NCBI GenBank assembly: GCA_047601445.1
Contig: JASGJH010000001.1
Location: 8,512,001 to 8,576,000 of the forward strand
Direction of reading: 5' to 3'
Origin: Myxococcales bacterium
Lineage (GTDB): Bacteria > Myxococcota_A > Polyangia > Polyangiales > DASUME01
Length of the DNA stretch: 64,000 nt
Shown: positions 19,083-27,887 of the stretch, piece after piece
Layout of the letters: each line of letters begins with the position of its first letter
Numbering within the stretch: position 1 is the first letter of the stretch
The notes under the pieces: generated by a model
Told to the model about the DNA's origin: nothing
The model's database searches: none
What the model saw: only the letters and a program-made list of their open reading frames with translations
Translations under genes and position numbers: made by a program

Positions 19083-20842
19083 CGAAATCGAGCAAGCCAA
19101 CGAACGAGCAGCTTTCAGTTGTCGGGGCTGGTGGGCATCTCCTGGTGCGTGCTTGCCCCGGGGCTGGAAAAACCAGGACCATGGTCGCCTTGGGGGAGCG
19201 GGCTGCTGCAACGGGAGGAGCTCGCTCCGGAGTAGCGTTTCTGTCGTTTACGAATGCTGCAGTTGACGAACTGAACCAGCGTCTTTGTGACACTGCAACG
19301 AATAGGGGGATGACGCGCGCACCGCACTACACGGGGACGTTCGACGCGTTCCTGATCAAGTATGTGCTTGGACCTGATGGGCACTCGCATGCGCCAGGTA
19401 TTCGGGTGCAGTTTCGAGACCACTGGGGAGGGCACCCTATCCGTTTCAAGGCAGGAAAGACGACAATGAGCGTTCCGCTCGATGTCTTTCTTCCAAACGG
19501 TCGCACAGTACGGCTCGACAAGAACCGAGCTCCTCACGGAGCCTATGCGCTACGCGCGTTCTTAGAGCGGCTTGATCAGCAGGAACGCGAGCGCCTGTGC
19601 GAGATTGGGAATCAGGAAGTACGGCGGCGCCTCAAGGCTGGTATCCTGACCTCTCCGTTTCTGCGCTCGGAGGCAAGGAAGCGGCTCGGTCGCGATCGTG
19701 CCAATGCGCATTTGGCCGCGCGCTTTCACACGGTAATAGTTGACGAGGCCCAGGACTGTGACGCAGTTGACCTGGAAATCTTGGACGCGCTCAAAACGGC
19801 TGGCTGCCGTTGCGTCGTGGTTGCCGACCCCGAGCAGGCAATCTTTCGGTGGCGTGATGCGGATCCAGCGCGCCTCTCGCTCCTAGGCTTTCCAGAGATG
19901 AGACTGACTGGCAACTTCCGGTCGAGCGACACGATTTGCCGAGCCGCTGCCACACTGCGAAGCGTCGAGAGTGAACCAGATACCGCCCTGGGACCTGCTG
20001 CCATGGTTCAGAATCCAGTCATTGTGGTGCCCTTCAGCACGGATGATCTCGATTCGGGTAAGGTTTTGGCTGAGTTTACTCAGGCACTCGAGCGAGCCGG
20101 CATAGATACCAAGAGTGCTGCGATTGTTGCTCATCGCGAGGCGCATGCTGGCCGCGTACTTGGAATACGCGACGACATAAGAGCATCAGAATCGTTTGCA
20201 GCTGTGCTGGCGCGGGGTAGTTCTTCGAGTGCCAGCTCGGCAGACCGAACAGCGGCTGTCCAACGACTGCAGGAAACCCTGGCGAGCGCGTTTGATCCGG
20301 CAGCTCGGCAAGATCCGAATCTGAAAGGGTGGATTCATCACACAGCCCGACAGGTGATGGGAGAGCTTGCGGGCCAACACATTTCCTTGTCTGGGGTGTG
20401 TAAGAGTACGAGGAAGATCCTGGCAGGGATCAGTGCGCCGCCGGGTCAGTCGTTTATCAAGGAGCCTGCGAAGTGCTTCACCGCGAAAGGCCGTGGCGCT
20501 GTCACTCCATCTAGCAACTCACCGGGTCCCCTGATGCGGTACTCAACTGTGCATGCCGTTAAGGGGCGAGAATACGACGCAGTCCTCGTGGTGGTTGGCG
20601 ACACAAGTTATTTGGATGAGCTCGTTGACGCATGGCGCGCACGCGACCCGGCCCACGAGGGGCGCGCGGTTCTCTATGTTGCAGCTACTCGCGCGCGCCG
20701 ACTGTTGGTGTTCGCTGTTCCCGCGCGCGTCTGCGACGCGGTTGCGGAACTGCTGAGGCGCCAAGGAGCGCCTGTTCAAGTCGCCTCGGGAGCTCGGGAG
20801 ACCGAGTTCGTGCTGCGTTGGAGCGCGTTGGAAACGGCCTGA
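19079..20842 (+). CDS. gajB: Gabija GajB-like UvrD helicase
   Basis: ACPGAGKT, VIVDEAQD, DPEQAIF, NFRS, TVHAVKGREY, LYVAATRAR; ATGA overlap with gajA. Confidence 0.85.
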   Translation: MTKSSKPTNEQLSVVGAGGHLLVRACPGAGKTRTMVALGERAAATGGARSGVAFLSFTNAAVDELNQRLCDTATNRGMTRAPHYTGTFDAFLIKYVLGPDGHSHAPGIRVQFRDHWGGHPIRFKAGKTTMSVPLDVFLPNGRTVRLDKNRAPHGAYALRAFLERLDQQERERLCEIGNQEVRRRLKAGILTSPFLRSEARKRLGRDRANAHLAARFHTVIVDEAQDCDAVDLEILDALKTAGCRCVVVADPEQAIFRWRDADPARLSLLGFPEMRLTGNFRSSDTICRAAATLRSVESEPDTALGPAAMVQNPVIVVPFSTDDLDSGKVLAEFTQALERAGIDTKSAAIVAHREAHAGRVLGIRDDIRASESFAAVLARGSSSSASSADRTAAVQRLQETLASAFDPAARQDPNLKGWIHHTARQVMGELAGQHISLSGVCKSTRKILAGISAPPGQSFIKEPAKCFTAKGRGAVTPSSNSPGPLMRYSTVHAVKGREYDAVLVVVGDTSYLDELVDAWRARDPAHEGRAVLYVAATRARRLLVFAVPARVCDAVAELLRRQGAPVQVASGARETEFVLRWSALETA

Positions 20843-21030
20843 CGCCCTGGTTGGGTGCAACGAGGGAGGCTGGCGCAATGAAGGTAAAGCAAACGAACGA
20901 CCCCCTCCGCGTAGAGGTTGACCGCGTTTGCATAGCCGGTTTTCGGGAAGGGGGCCGTCCTGGCCGCGCGCGGGTGCGATCGCTGTCGCTTCGACCGGTT
21001 GCGGCACCACGGCGCGGGACGGCGCAAGTG

Positions 21031-21051
21031 GTAGCAGCAAATGTAGCAGCA
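21031..21051 (+). repeat. GTAGCAGCA repeats, probable arm-type sites (right)
   Basis: GTAGCAGCAAAT-GTAGCAGCA; shares an exact 18-mer with 6784-6801. Confidence 0.65.
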
Positions 21052-21118
21052 GACCCTTTAACGCACCGAAGGGCTGAACGGTGCCCGCCCAACCCTTCGG
21101 AAACACTCTGTCTTTTAG

Positions 21119-21192
21119 TCGGGGTGGCCGGATTCGAACCAGCGACATCTAGCTCCCAAAGCTAGCGCACTACCAGGCTGTGCTACACCCCG
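21119..21192 (-). tRNA. tRNA-Pro (anticodon TGG)
   Basis: CGGGGTG/CACCCCG acceptor stem, CTAGC-TTTGGGA-GCTAG anticodon arm, GGTTCGAATCC T-loop; followed by CTA rather than CCA. Confidence 0.96.
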
Positions 21193-21201
21193 AGGCCGCG
21201 C

Positions 21202-21230
21202 AAGCTAGCGCAACTCAAGGCAAAACTCAA
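21202..21230 (-). promoter_or_regulatory. sigma70-like promoter of tRNA-Pro
   Basis: Minus strand TTGAGT-17 bp-TAGCTT followed by a GC-rich discriminator just before the tRNA. Confidence 0.55.
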
Positions 21231-21457
21231 GGGCACGCCCAAACGAGCGAAACGCTCGGAAAAGGGCCTCCTTTCAGGCCCAACCCGGGCGCTGTCCCCG
21301 CCCCCTCACAGCATCGCGACCCGACGCTGCACGCGGTCCGCAATTCCGCTGCTCCGGCCCCGCCACGTCCAGGCATGTCCTGACCTCCGGCGCCGAACCA
21401 AGTGCCGTCCGGAATCGCTGCTTCCGATTGCTTGCGTGCTCGCCCAAGCGTTCGTCG

Positions 21458-21712
21458 ATGTCGAGGGCCACGGTGCTCGAGGCTCGCTTGGCTGACTGGT
21501 CGATCTCCGTCGTTCAGCTCGATGCGGGCGGACACACGGGCCTGCTGAGTGTTCATCACGGGGCGTGTCCCGAGGGCACTCGGCCTTGGCCCCAAGCGCA
21601 CTCCTTCTCCACCTTACTGAAGCGCCTCTTCGATGAGCGCAATGGCGATGTCGAGCTCGTCGACGTCGTTTGTTACACGGCGAGGATGCTGCCGCCGTAC
21701 ATCTACAACTAG
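21458..21712 (+). CDS. small hypothetical protein
   Basis: ORF only. Confidence 0.3.
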   Translation: MSRATVLEARLADWSISVVQLDAGGHTGLLSVHHGACPEGTRPWPQAHSFSTLLKRLFDERNGDVELVDVVCYTARMLPPYIYN

Positions 21713-21850
21713 GCTCTCTTGCTCTATCAAGTTGGCGGAGATTGGTGCGCGCGCAACGGCACTTGCTCCCCCAATTGGGATGACTGATCTCACCCCTTTC
21801 GAGGTAGGGGCCTCCTTGACAGACTTTCGTGGTAATCGCATGACTGCGAA

Positions 21851-22469
21851 ATGCCGCCGTCTGCTCCAACACGTGCTTACGATGGGACTACCCGGCGGGC
21901 CCGAGCAGAGGATCTTACCGGGCACATTCTCGACGTCGTCTTGAAAGTGATCGAGGGCCTCGACGCGCCCGATGTCACGCTCGAGGCCGCCGCGAAGGCC
22001 GCTGACGTGGGCGTTCAATCGCTGGTCCGTCGGTTCCGCACCAAGGATGGCCTGTACGCCGCCGCGTTTGCTCGCGCGCGCAGCCAGTACCGTCCTTCGC
22101 GAGAGCAACAGCCCAAGGGCTCCGACACATTCGACTTCATCGTGAAAAGTCAGCTCGACATCTACGAGCGCTGGGGCAAGGCGCTCCTTTATCTTCGGAC
22201 CCAGGAGAACGACCGCCCGGTGCTGCATCGGGAGCTCGAGAATCGGTCGCCGGGAGCGCCGCGCGTGGCTCGAGAAGTTGCTCGCCGAGCGGCTGCCTGA
22301 TGCGCAGCGCGGTGAGGACGCTCTAGCCAAAATCTTCGCGCTCACCGACGTCCACCTGTGGGCCGTGTTTCGCCTCGATATGAAAATGACGCGGCGTCGA
22401 ACGGAGCTCGCCATGGCCGACCTCCTGCGCGGCTACGTCACCAACTTAAGTAAAGGAAATCCGCGATGA
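21851..22469 (+). CDS. TetR-family regulator (frameshift near 22241)
   Basis: HTH VTLEAAAKAADVGVQSLVRRFRTKDGL; removing one A restores LEIGRRERRAWLEKLL and joins ORF 22278-22469. Confidence 0.85.
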
Positions 22470-23212
22470 AGCCCGATGAGATTCTCACGATCAAAGGAGT
22501 CCGAGGCACGCTTCCGTTCGAGGTCTTCAAGCCGCGCGGAGCGGGTCCCTGGCCGGCCGTCTTGATCATCCACGAGCTCATCGGGCTCAATGACGATATT
22601 CGCGGTATCGCGCGGCGCTTCGCCGACAACGGCTATTTGGCGGGTTGTCCCGACTTGATGGCTGATGGCGGGCGCATCAAGTGCGTGCGGTCCGCGCTCG
22701 AGTCGCTGCGCAAGGGCGCTGGGCCCACGGTCGACCAGCTCACCACCGGCATCGAGATGCTGCGGGCGCGTCGCGACACGAGCGACGTGGGAGTCGCGGG
22801 ATTCTGCATGGGTGGCGGCTTTGCGACGTTGCTCGCCACGCGACAGAAGCTTGGAGCAGCAGCTGTTTTTTACGGTGACATCCGCCCCAGCGAAGAGCTC
22901 AAGAACGCATGCCCCATCGTCGGTGGTTACGGCGGCAAGGACAAGGCCTACCGGAGCAAGGGCGAGAAGCTCAAGCAGCGCCTCACGCAGTACGGCATTC
23001 CAAACGACATCGCGATCTACCCGGACGCCGTTCATTCCTACATGAATCGTGGCGTTTCGCCGTTGATGGCCGCACTCATTCGCCCCGTCCTCACGGTGGC
23101 TTACAACGAAGCGGCCGCAGAAGACTCGTGGTCGAGAATGCTCGGCTTCTTCGGAGAGCACCTGCGTAAGGAGCGCGAAGCGATTTCCGTGGGAGAACAT
23201 CAGACTTCTTAG
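22466..23212 (+). CDS. dienelactone hydrolase family protein
   Basis: IIHELIGLN, GFCMGG nucleophile elbow, YPDAVHSY; ATGA overlap with tetR. Confidence 0.9.
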   Translation: MKPDEILTIKGVRGTLPFEVFKPRGAGPWPAVLIIHELIGLNDDIRGIARRFADNGYLAGCPDLMADGGRIKCVRSALESLRKGAGPTVDQLTTGIEMLRARRDTSDVGVAGFCMGGGFATLLATRQKLGAAAVFYGDIRPSEELKNACPIVGGYGGKDKAYRSKGEKLKQRLTQYGIPNDIAIYPDAVHSYMNRGVSPLMAALIRPVLTVAYNEAAAEDSWSRMLGFFGEHLRKEREAISVGEHQTS

Positions 23213-23408
23213 TCGTATGAGTAAATGGAGATCGGATGGCCAGAAGTCTGCTGACCTGCTGGCGACGGTCTTGTTTTGTCCTGCGTGCGCTCGCAGCTTC
23301 GCCGTGGCTAGCGTCAACTGGGCAAAATACACTTGGAATCACCCCCAATTTGCATTGCGCCGAGTCACGGTTGATGTGAGTGTTGTCACCTCTTGGTGAG
23401 GGAGTTCT

Positions 23409-24539
23409 TTGGCTCTCTTACCTTCCGATGTGGAGATCTGTCCAATGCATAAGCCGCCGAGCAGGGCACGTGCCGTGTCCCTGATGCGCATGGATGCGCT
23501 GCACGTTCGCCTCGCTTTCGTCGCAGGCTGTGCGTTGGAAGTTCTGTCGGGTTGTGCCGCCGAGTCGGCTCGCGCCGAGGTCGCGCGCAAGAACGATGCG
23601 ACCCCTGTGCGCCTCGCTCCGGTTCTTCGTGGTGAGGTTGCACGCCCGATCAAGACGTTCGGCGTAGTCGAGGCCAAGTCGCGCATCGATCTGGCATTCA
23701 AGGTCGGCGGTATCGTTCAACGCGTCAACGTCGATGTCGGAACCCGCGTCAAGAAGGGCGCCGTCCTCGCCAGCATCGATCGCACGGAAGTGTTGGTCGA
23801 GGAAGCGCGGGCCAGCGAAGCCATCAAGAAGGCCGAGCGAGACCTCGCGCGTCTGCGGGACTTGCACGCGCTGCGCTCTGCGCCGTGGCTTGACGTCCAG
23901 AATGCGCAGACGACCTTCGAGCTCGCCACTGCGGCTCGTACGCTGGCGAGCTACAACGTCAAGCACTCGGAGCTCGTCGCCCCTGACGACGGGATCATCG
24001 AATTCCGTGCGCTGGACCTGGGCGAGGTCGTGGCTCCTGGTCAGCGTGTGCTGCAGCTGGTGGGCGCCTCGCGCGGGCTAATCGTGAAGACGCAGATCCC
24101 CGAGAGTGAGATCCTGGGGCTCCGTTTGGGGCAGAAAGCGCGCGTTGTGCTCGATGTGTCGCCGGACCAGGTCTTCGAAGGGCACATTAGCTCGATCGCC
24201 CGCGTAAGTACGCCGAGCACGGGGGCGTTTGCCGTCGACATCAGCTTCGACACGCCGGTCGCGACTTCGCTGCCGGCGGGGCTCAGTGCCAAGGTGGAGC
24301 TCGACCGCAGCGAGACTCCGAGCGCCGTGGTGCCGCTCGAATCGCTCATCGAGGGCGACGGTCGCGCAGGGGCTGTCTTTGTGGTCAACGACGGCAAAGC
24401 GAAGCGTCTGCCTGTCTCGGTGAGCTTCGTGGCCAACGGTCAGGTCGGGTTGTCGAGCGCTGAGGGGCTCGCGCAGTGGGTCGTCGATCGCGGCGCGGAT
24501 CAATTGGTAGACGGTTCTGCGGTCGTCGTCGTTCCCTGA
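23409..24539 (+). CDS. RND efflux membrane-fusion (periplasmic adaptor) protein; start uncertain
   Basis: LAFKVGGIVQRVNVDVGTRVKKGAVLA, LVAPDDGII; lipobox-like LSGC. Confidence 0.9.
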   Translation: MALLPSDVEICPMHKPPSRARAVSLMRMDALHVRLAFVAGCALEVLSGCAAESARAEVARKNDATPVRLAPVLRGEVARPIKTFGVVEAKSRIDLAFKVGGIVQRVNVDVGTRVKKGAVLASIDRTEVLVEEARASEAIKKAERDLARLRDLHALRSAPWLDVQNAQTTFELATAARTLASYNVKHSELVAPDDGIIEFRALDLGEVVAPGQRVLQLVGASRGLIVKTQIPESEILGLRLGQKARVVLDVSPDQVFEGHISSIARVSTPSTGAFAVDISFDTPVATSLPAGLSAKVELDRSETPSAVVPLESLIEGDGRAGAVFVVNDGKAKRLPVSVSFVANGQVGLSSAEGLAQWVVDRGADQLVDGSAVVVVP

Positions 24540-24551
24540 TAGGAGGTTTCG

Positions 24552-27500
24552 GTGTTGGCGAGGTTCTCGGTTCAGCGGTGGCAGTTTACCCTCGTGGTGT
24601 TTGGCGCCCTCTTGGCGCTGGGCGTCTACGCGCTGGTGAGCATCCCAAAGGCCGAGGATCCGACCTTTCCGATTCCCAACTTTCGCGTGGTTGCCGTGCT
24701 GCCTGGCGCACAGCCTCAGGAGCTCGAGCGGTCGGTCATCGATCCCATCGAGACCAAGCTTTCTACCCTCGAAGACCTGAAGCGAATCCGCAGCGAAGCT
24801 CGCGACGGCGTAGCGGTGATCTTCGCCGAGTTCCACCCGGAGATCGACAGCGACCGCAAGCACGACGAGGTCCAGCGTGAGGTCAATGCGCTGCGTGGGC
24901 TGTTGCCGGCCCAGCTCTCGCGTCTCGACGTCACCATGTACAACGCCGCCAATGTCCATGTGTTGGAACTGGCGCTGACCAGCGATGGGGCGGCCTACCG
25001 CGCTCTCGACTCTGTCGCGCGCCGTCTGAAGCGCCGCCTCGAGAGCGTGACGGGCGTGGGCGATGTCCAAATTTCTGGTTTGCCCAAGCGTGAAGTCACG
25101 GTGACGCTCCATGCGGCCCACATGGTCGCAAACCACATCTCGCCGCTCGAGATCTACCGTGCGATCTCGGAGGATAGCGCGAGCGTGCCAGCGGGCAGCA
25201 TCGAGGTCGGTGCCCGACGCATGAACGTGGTCGCCGGCGGCGAGTACGAGTCGCTGGACGAGATCCGCTCCACTGTGATCCGCACGGTCGATGGTGTGCC
25301 GCTCACGGTAGGGCAGGTCGCGGACGTGGTCCTGACCGACGCCGAGGCCTCGCACATCGCGCGCTTCGACGGACAGCGCGCGGTGCTGATCGCGGTTGCG
25401 GCCCGCGAGGGCCAGAGCGTTCTGCAGGTGATGAAGGCGGTGGACACAGAACTCGCGGCGTTCGAACCCACCTTGCCGTCGAACGTGCGGCTACAGCGTG
25501 GCTTCGAACAGGCGGTGAATGTCGAGCGCCGTCTCGGCATGTTCGCGCGAGACTTTCTGCTGGCCATCGTGATCGTCCTGGCCACCTTGCTCCCGCTCGG
25601 CCTGCGTGCCGCGACCGTCGTGATGGTCTCGATCCCGCTCAGCTTGTCGATCGGCGTCTTCCTTCTGAAGCAGTGCGGCTTTAGCGTCAACCAACTGAGC
25701 CTGGTGGGCTTCGTGCTCGCGCTCGGATTGCTGGTCGACGACTCCGTGGTCGTGGTGGAGAACATTACGCGTCACGTGCGCGAAGGGCGTTCGCCACGCG
25801 AGGCGGCCGTACGTGCTACCCAGGAAATTTCGGCGAGCGTGCTCGGCTGCACGGCCACCTTGATCTTGGCGTTCGTTCCCCTGCTGGCCCTGCCGGGCGC
25901 CTCCGGACAGTTCATTCGCTCGATGCCCCTGGCCCTGGTGCTTACCGTGGGAGCCTCGCTACTCGTGTCGCTCACGGTCGTGCCTTTCCTGGCGAGCATC
26001 CTGATCAAACCCGAGGCCGAGCACGGTAACGCTTTCTTTCGCGGGATGATCTGGCTCGTCGAGGGGGCCTATCGACCCATCCTCGGTCGCGCGCTTGCAC
26101 ATCCGTACCTCACGCTGGTCGCGACGGCGCTGCTCTTCGCAGGCAGCATCGCGCTGATCCCGCGCGTCGGGTTCAGCCTCTTTCCAAAGGCCGAAATTCC
26201 CCAGTTTCTGGTCAAAGTCGAGGCGGGCGAGGGCGCGAGCTTGGCGGAGACTGACCGCGCCACGCGCTACGTCGAGGCGGTGCTTGCGCGCCATCCGGAG
26301 GTAAGTCGGGTCGCCAGCACCATCGGCAAAGGCCAACCGCAAATCTACTACAACGTGCAGCCGGCCGCGGAGAAGACCAACACCGCCGAGGTGTTTGCGC
26401 AGGCCGACAGCAAGAGCCCCGAACGACGTGCGAAGCTCTTTCAAGCGCTGAGGCAAGAGCTCGCGACCTTTGCGGGTGCGCGCATCGAGCTCTTCGAGTT
26501 CGAGAATGGCCCTCCGGTCGAGGCGCCCATCGCGTTGCGCCTCATCAGCGATGACGAAGCAGCCCTGCGCGTCGCCGCGGGCTACGTGGAAAAGCAGCTG
26601 AAGGAGACCCGGGGAACGCGAGACGTCAAGAACCCCATGCGGGCTCGGCGTACCGACCTTCGCATCGAACTCGACCGTGAGCGGGCCGGTCTCGTCGGCG
26701 TGAGCCTGCCGGCCGCGGAGCAGATGATTCGCCTGGCGGTCGGCGGCGTGCGTGCCGGGTCGTTTCGTGAGAGCGGAGCAGACGAAGCCTACGCGGTGCG
26801 CTTGACGCTACCACGCGAGCAGACGCCCACGATGGGTGGGGCGCGACCTGGACTGGAGGTGCTCGAGGCGCTGCACGTGCCGAACCACAAGGGCGATCCA
26901 GTGCCGCTCACGCAGTTCTCCCGCGACGTCTTCGAGCCGTCGGCGACGACCATTCGTCACCACAACCGCGAGCGCGGTACCACCGTGAGCGCCTTCGTGG
27001 AGCCTGGCTTCAACGTGGGCCATGTGACCAACGACGTGCTGTCGCGCATCGCTCAACGAGCTCTGGCTGGGGTGCGCCTGGTGCCAGCGGGCGAACTCGA
27101 AACGCGAAACGAGAGCTTTGGTGGCCTCGGGGTCGCGCTGATTGTGGCGGCCTTCGGCATTCTGGGCGTACTGGTCCTGGAGTTCGGCAACTTCAAGGGA
27201 ACGGCCATCGTCGCGTCCGTGATCCCGTTGGGGGTCATCGGCGGCGTGCTCGCGCTGTGGTTCAGTGGTAACGCACTGTCGTTCATCGCCACGGTAGGGT
27301 TCATCGCGCTGATGGGCATCGAAGTGAAGAACTCCATCTTGCTGGTGGACTTCACGAACCACCTTCGCGCTCAAGGCGCGAGTATCGACGACGCCATCAT
27401 GCGTGCCGGCGAGACCCGCTTCGTGCCGGTCTTGCTCACCACGCTGACGGCCATCGGCGGCCTCATTCCGCTCATCCTGTCGAAATCCGCGCTCTACTCG

Positions 27501-27677
27501 CCACTGGCGTGGGTCATCCTGGGTGGCCTCATCAGTTCCACGATTCTTACGCGCATCGTTACGCCGGTGCTCTACCGGTTGCTTGCGCCCCGCGTTGAGT
27601 TGCACGCGGGCGAAGGTGTTCAGGACGCGGCTCAGAGCTTCGTTTCGCCGGAATCTCTGCCGAGTCAGGTTGTCTAA
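24552..27677 (+). CDS. RND efflux permease (AcrB/CzcA family)
   Basis: 1041 aa; GLLVDDSVVVVENI, KNSILLVDF, RFVPVLLTT. Confidence 0.95.
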   Translation: MLARFSVQRWQFTLVVFGALLALGVYALVSIPKAEDPTFPIPNFRVVAVLPGAQPQELERSVIDPIETKLSTLEDLKRIRSEARDGVAVIFAEFHPEIDSDRKHDEVQREVNALRGLLPAQLSRLDVTMYNAANVHVLELALTSDGAAYRALDSVARRLKRRLESVTGVGDVQISGLPKREVTVTLHAAHMVANHISPLEIYRAISEDSASVPAGSIEVGARRMNVVAGGEYESLDEIRSTVIRTVDGVPLTVGQVADVVLTDAEASHIARFDGQRAVLIAVAAREGQSVLQVMKAVDTELAAFEPTLPSNVRLQRGFEQAVNVERRLGMFARDFLLAIVIVLATLLPLGLRAATVVMVSIPLSLSIGVFLLKQCGFSVNQLSLVGFVLALGLLVDDSVVVVENITRHVREGRSPREAAVRATQEISASVLGCTATLILAFVPLLALPGASGQFIRSMPLALVLTVGASLLVSLTVVPFLASILIKPEAEHGNAFFRGMIWLVEGAYRPILGRALAHPYLTLVATALLFAGSIALIPRVGFSLFPKAEIPQFLVKVEAGEGASLAETDRATRYVEAVLARHPEVSRVASTIGKGQPQIYYNVQPAAEKTNTAEVFAQADSKSPERRAKLFQALRQELATFAGARIELFEFENGPPVEAPIALRLISDDEAALRVAAGYVEKQLKETRGTRDVKNPMRARRTDLRIELDRERAGLVGVSLPAAEQMIRLAVGGVRAGSFRESGADEAYAVRLTLPREQTPTMGGARPGLEVLEALHVPNHKGDPVPLTQFSRDVFEPSATTIRHHNRERGTTVSAFVEPGFNVGHVTNDVLSRIAQRALAGVRLVPAGELETRNESFGGLGVALIVAAFGILGVLVLEFGNFKGTAIVASVIPLGVIGGVLALWFSGNALSFIATVGFIALMGIEVKNSILLVDFTNHLRAQGASIDDAIMRAGETRFVPVLLTTLTAIGGLIPLILSKSALYSPLAWVILGGLISSTILTRIVTPVLYRLLAPRVELHAGEGVQDAAQSFVSPESLPSQVV

Positions 27678-27719
27678 GTAAGGGTCGAAGACCCGTTCGT
27701 AAGGGTCGAAGACCCGTTC
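27678..27719. repeat. 21-bp perfect tandem duplication, each unit with a GGGTC-GAA-GACCC palindrome
   Basis: GTAAGGGTCGAAGACCCGTTC x2 directly after the RND stop. Confidence 0.85.
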
Positions 27720-27743
27720 CCCCGCATCGTTCGTTTCGTGTCT

Positions 27744-27762
27744 TGACGACGTTCTGTCGTCA
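27744..27762. promoter_or_regulatory. 7-5-7 palindrome, candidate operator
   Basis: TGACGAC-GTTCT-GTCGTCA upstream of the biosynthetic operon. Confidence 0.4.
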
Positions 27763-27887
27763 TGATGCTTCGCGTCTGTAGAACGACAGTGCACGAGCAC
27801 TGGCGCTGAAAAGTTTCAACGGGTGAGCCTGCGTGGCGCACTCGGCGTGGCTTCCATTGCCTTCTTACCGCCCCCCCCAGGAGTTCC

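Larger units (their letters stand above)
6605..21161. mobile_element. integrative element (phage-satellite-like) in tRNA-Pro(TGG) carrying defence cargo
   Basis: Bounded by the 44-bp direct repeats; integrase next to one att site; xis-like HTH and primase-helicase; no capsid, terminase or tail genes seen. Confidence 0.88.

Noticed and set aside
6605..21161. Complete prophage or ICE
   Set aside because: No terminase, capsid, tail, lysis, relaxase or T4SS genes recognised
27678..27719. Possible CRISPR array (palindromic 21-bp repeat)
   Set aside because: Only two adjacent copies, no spacer and no cas genes
27743..27766. sigma70 promoter TTGACG...CATGAT
   Set aside because: Spacer is only 12 bp
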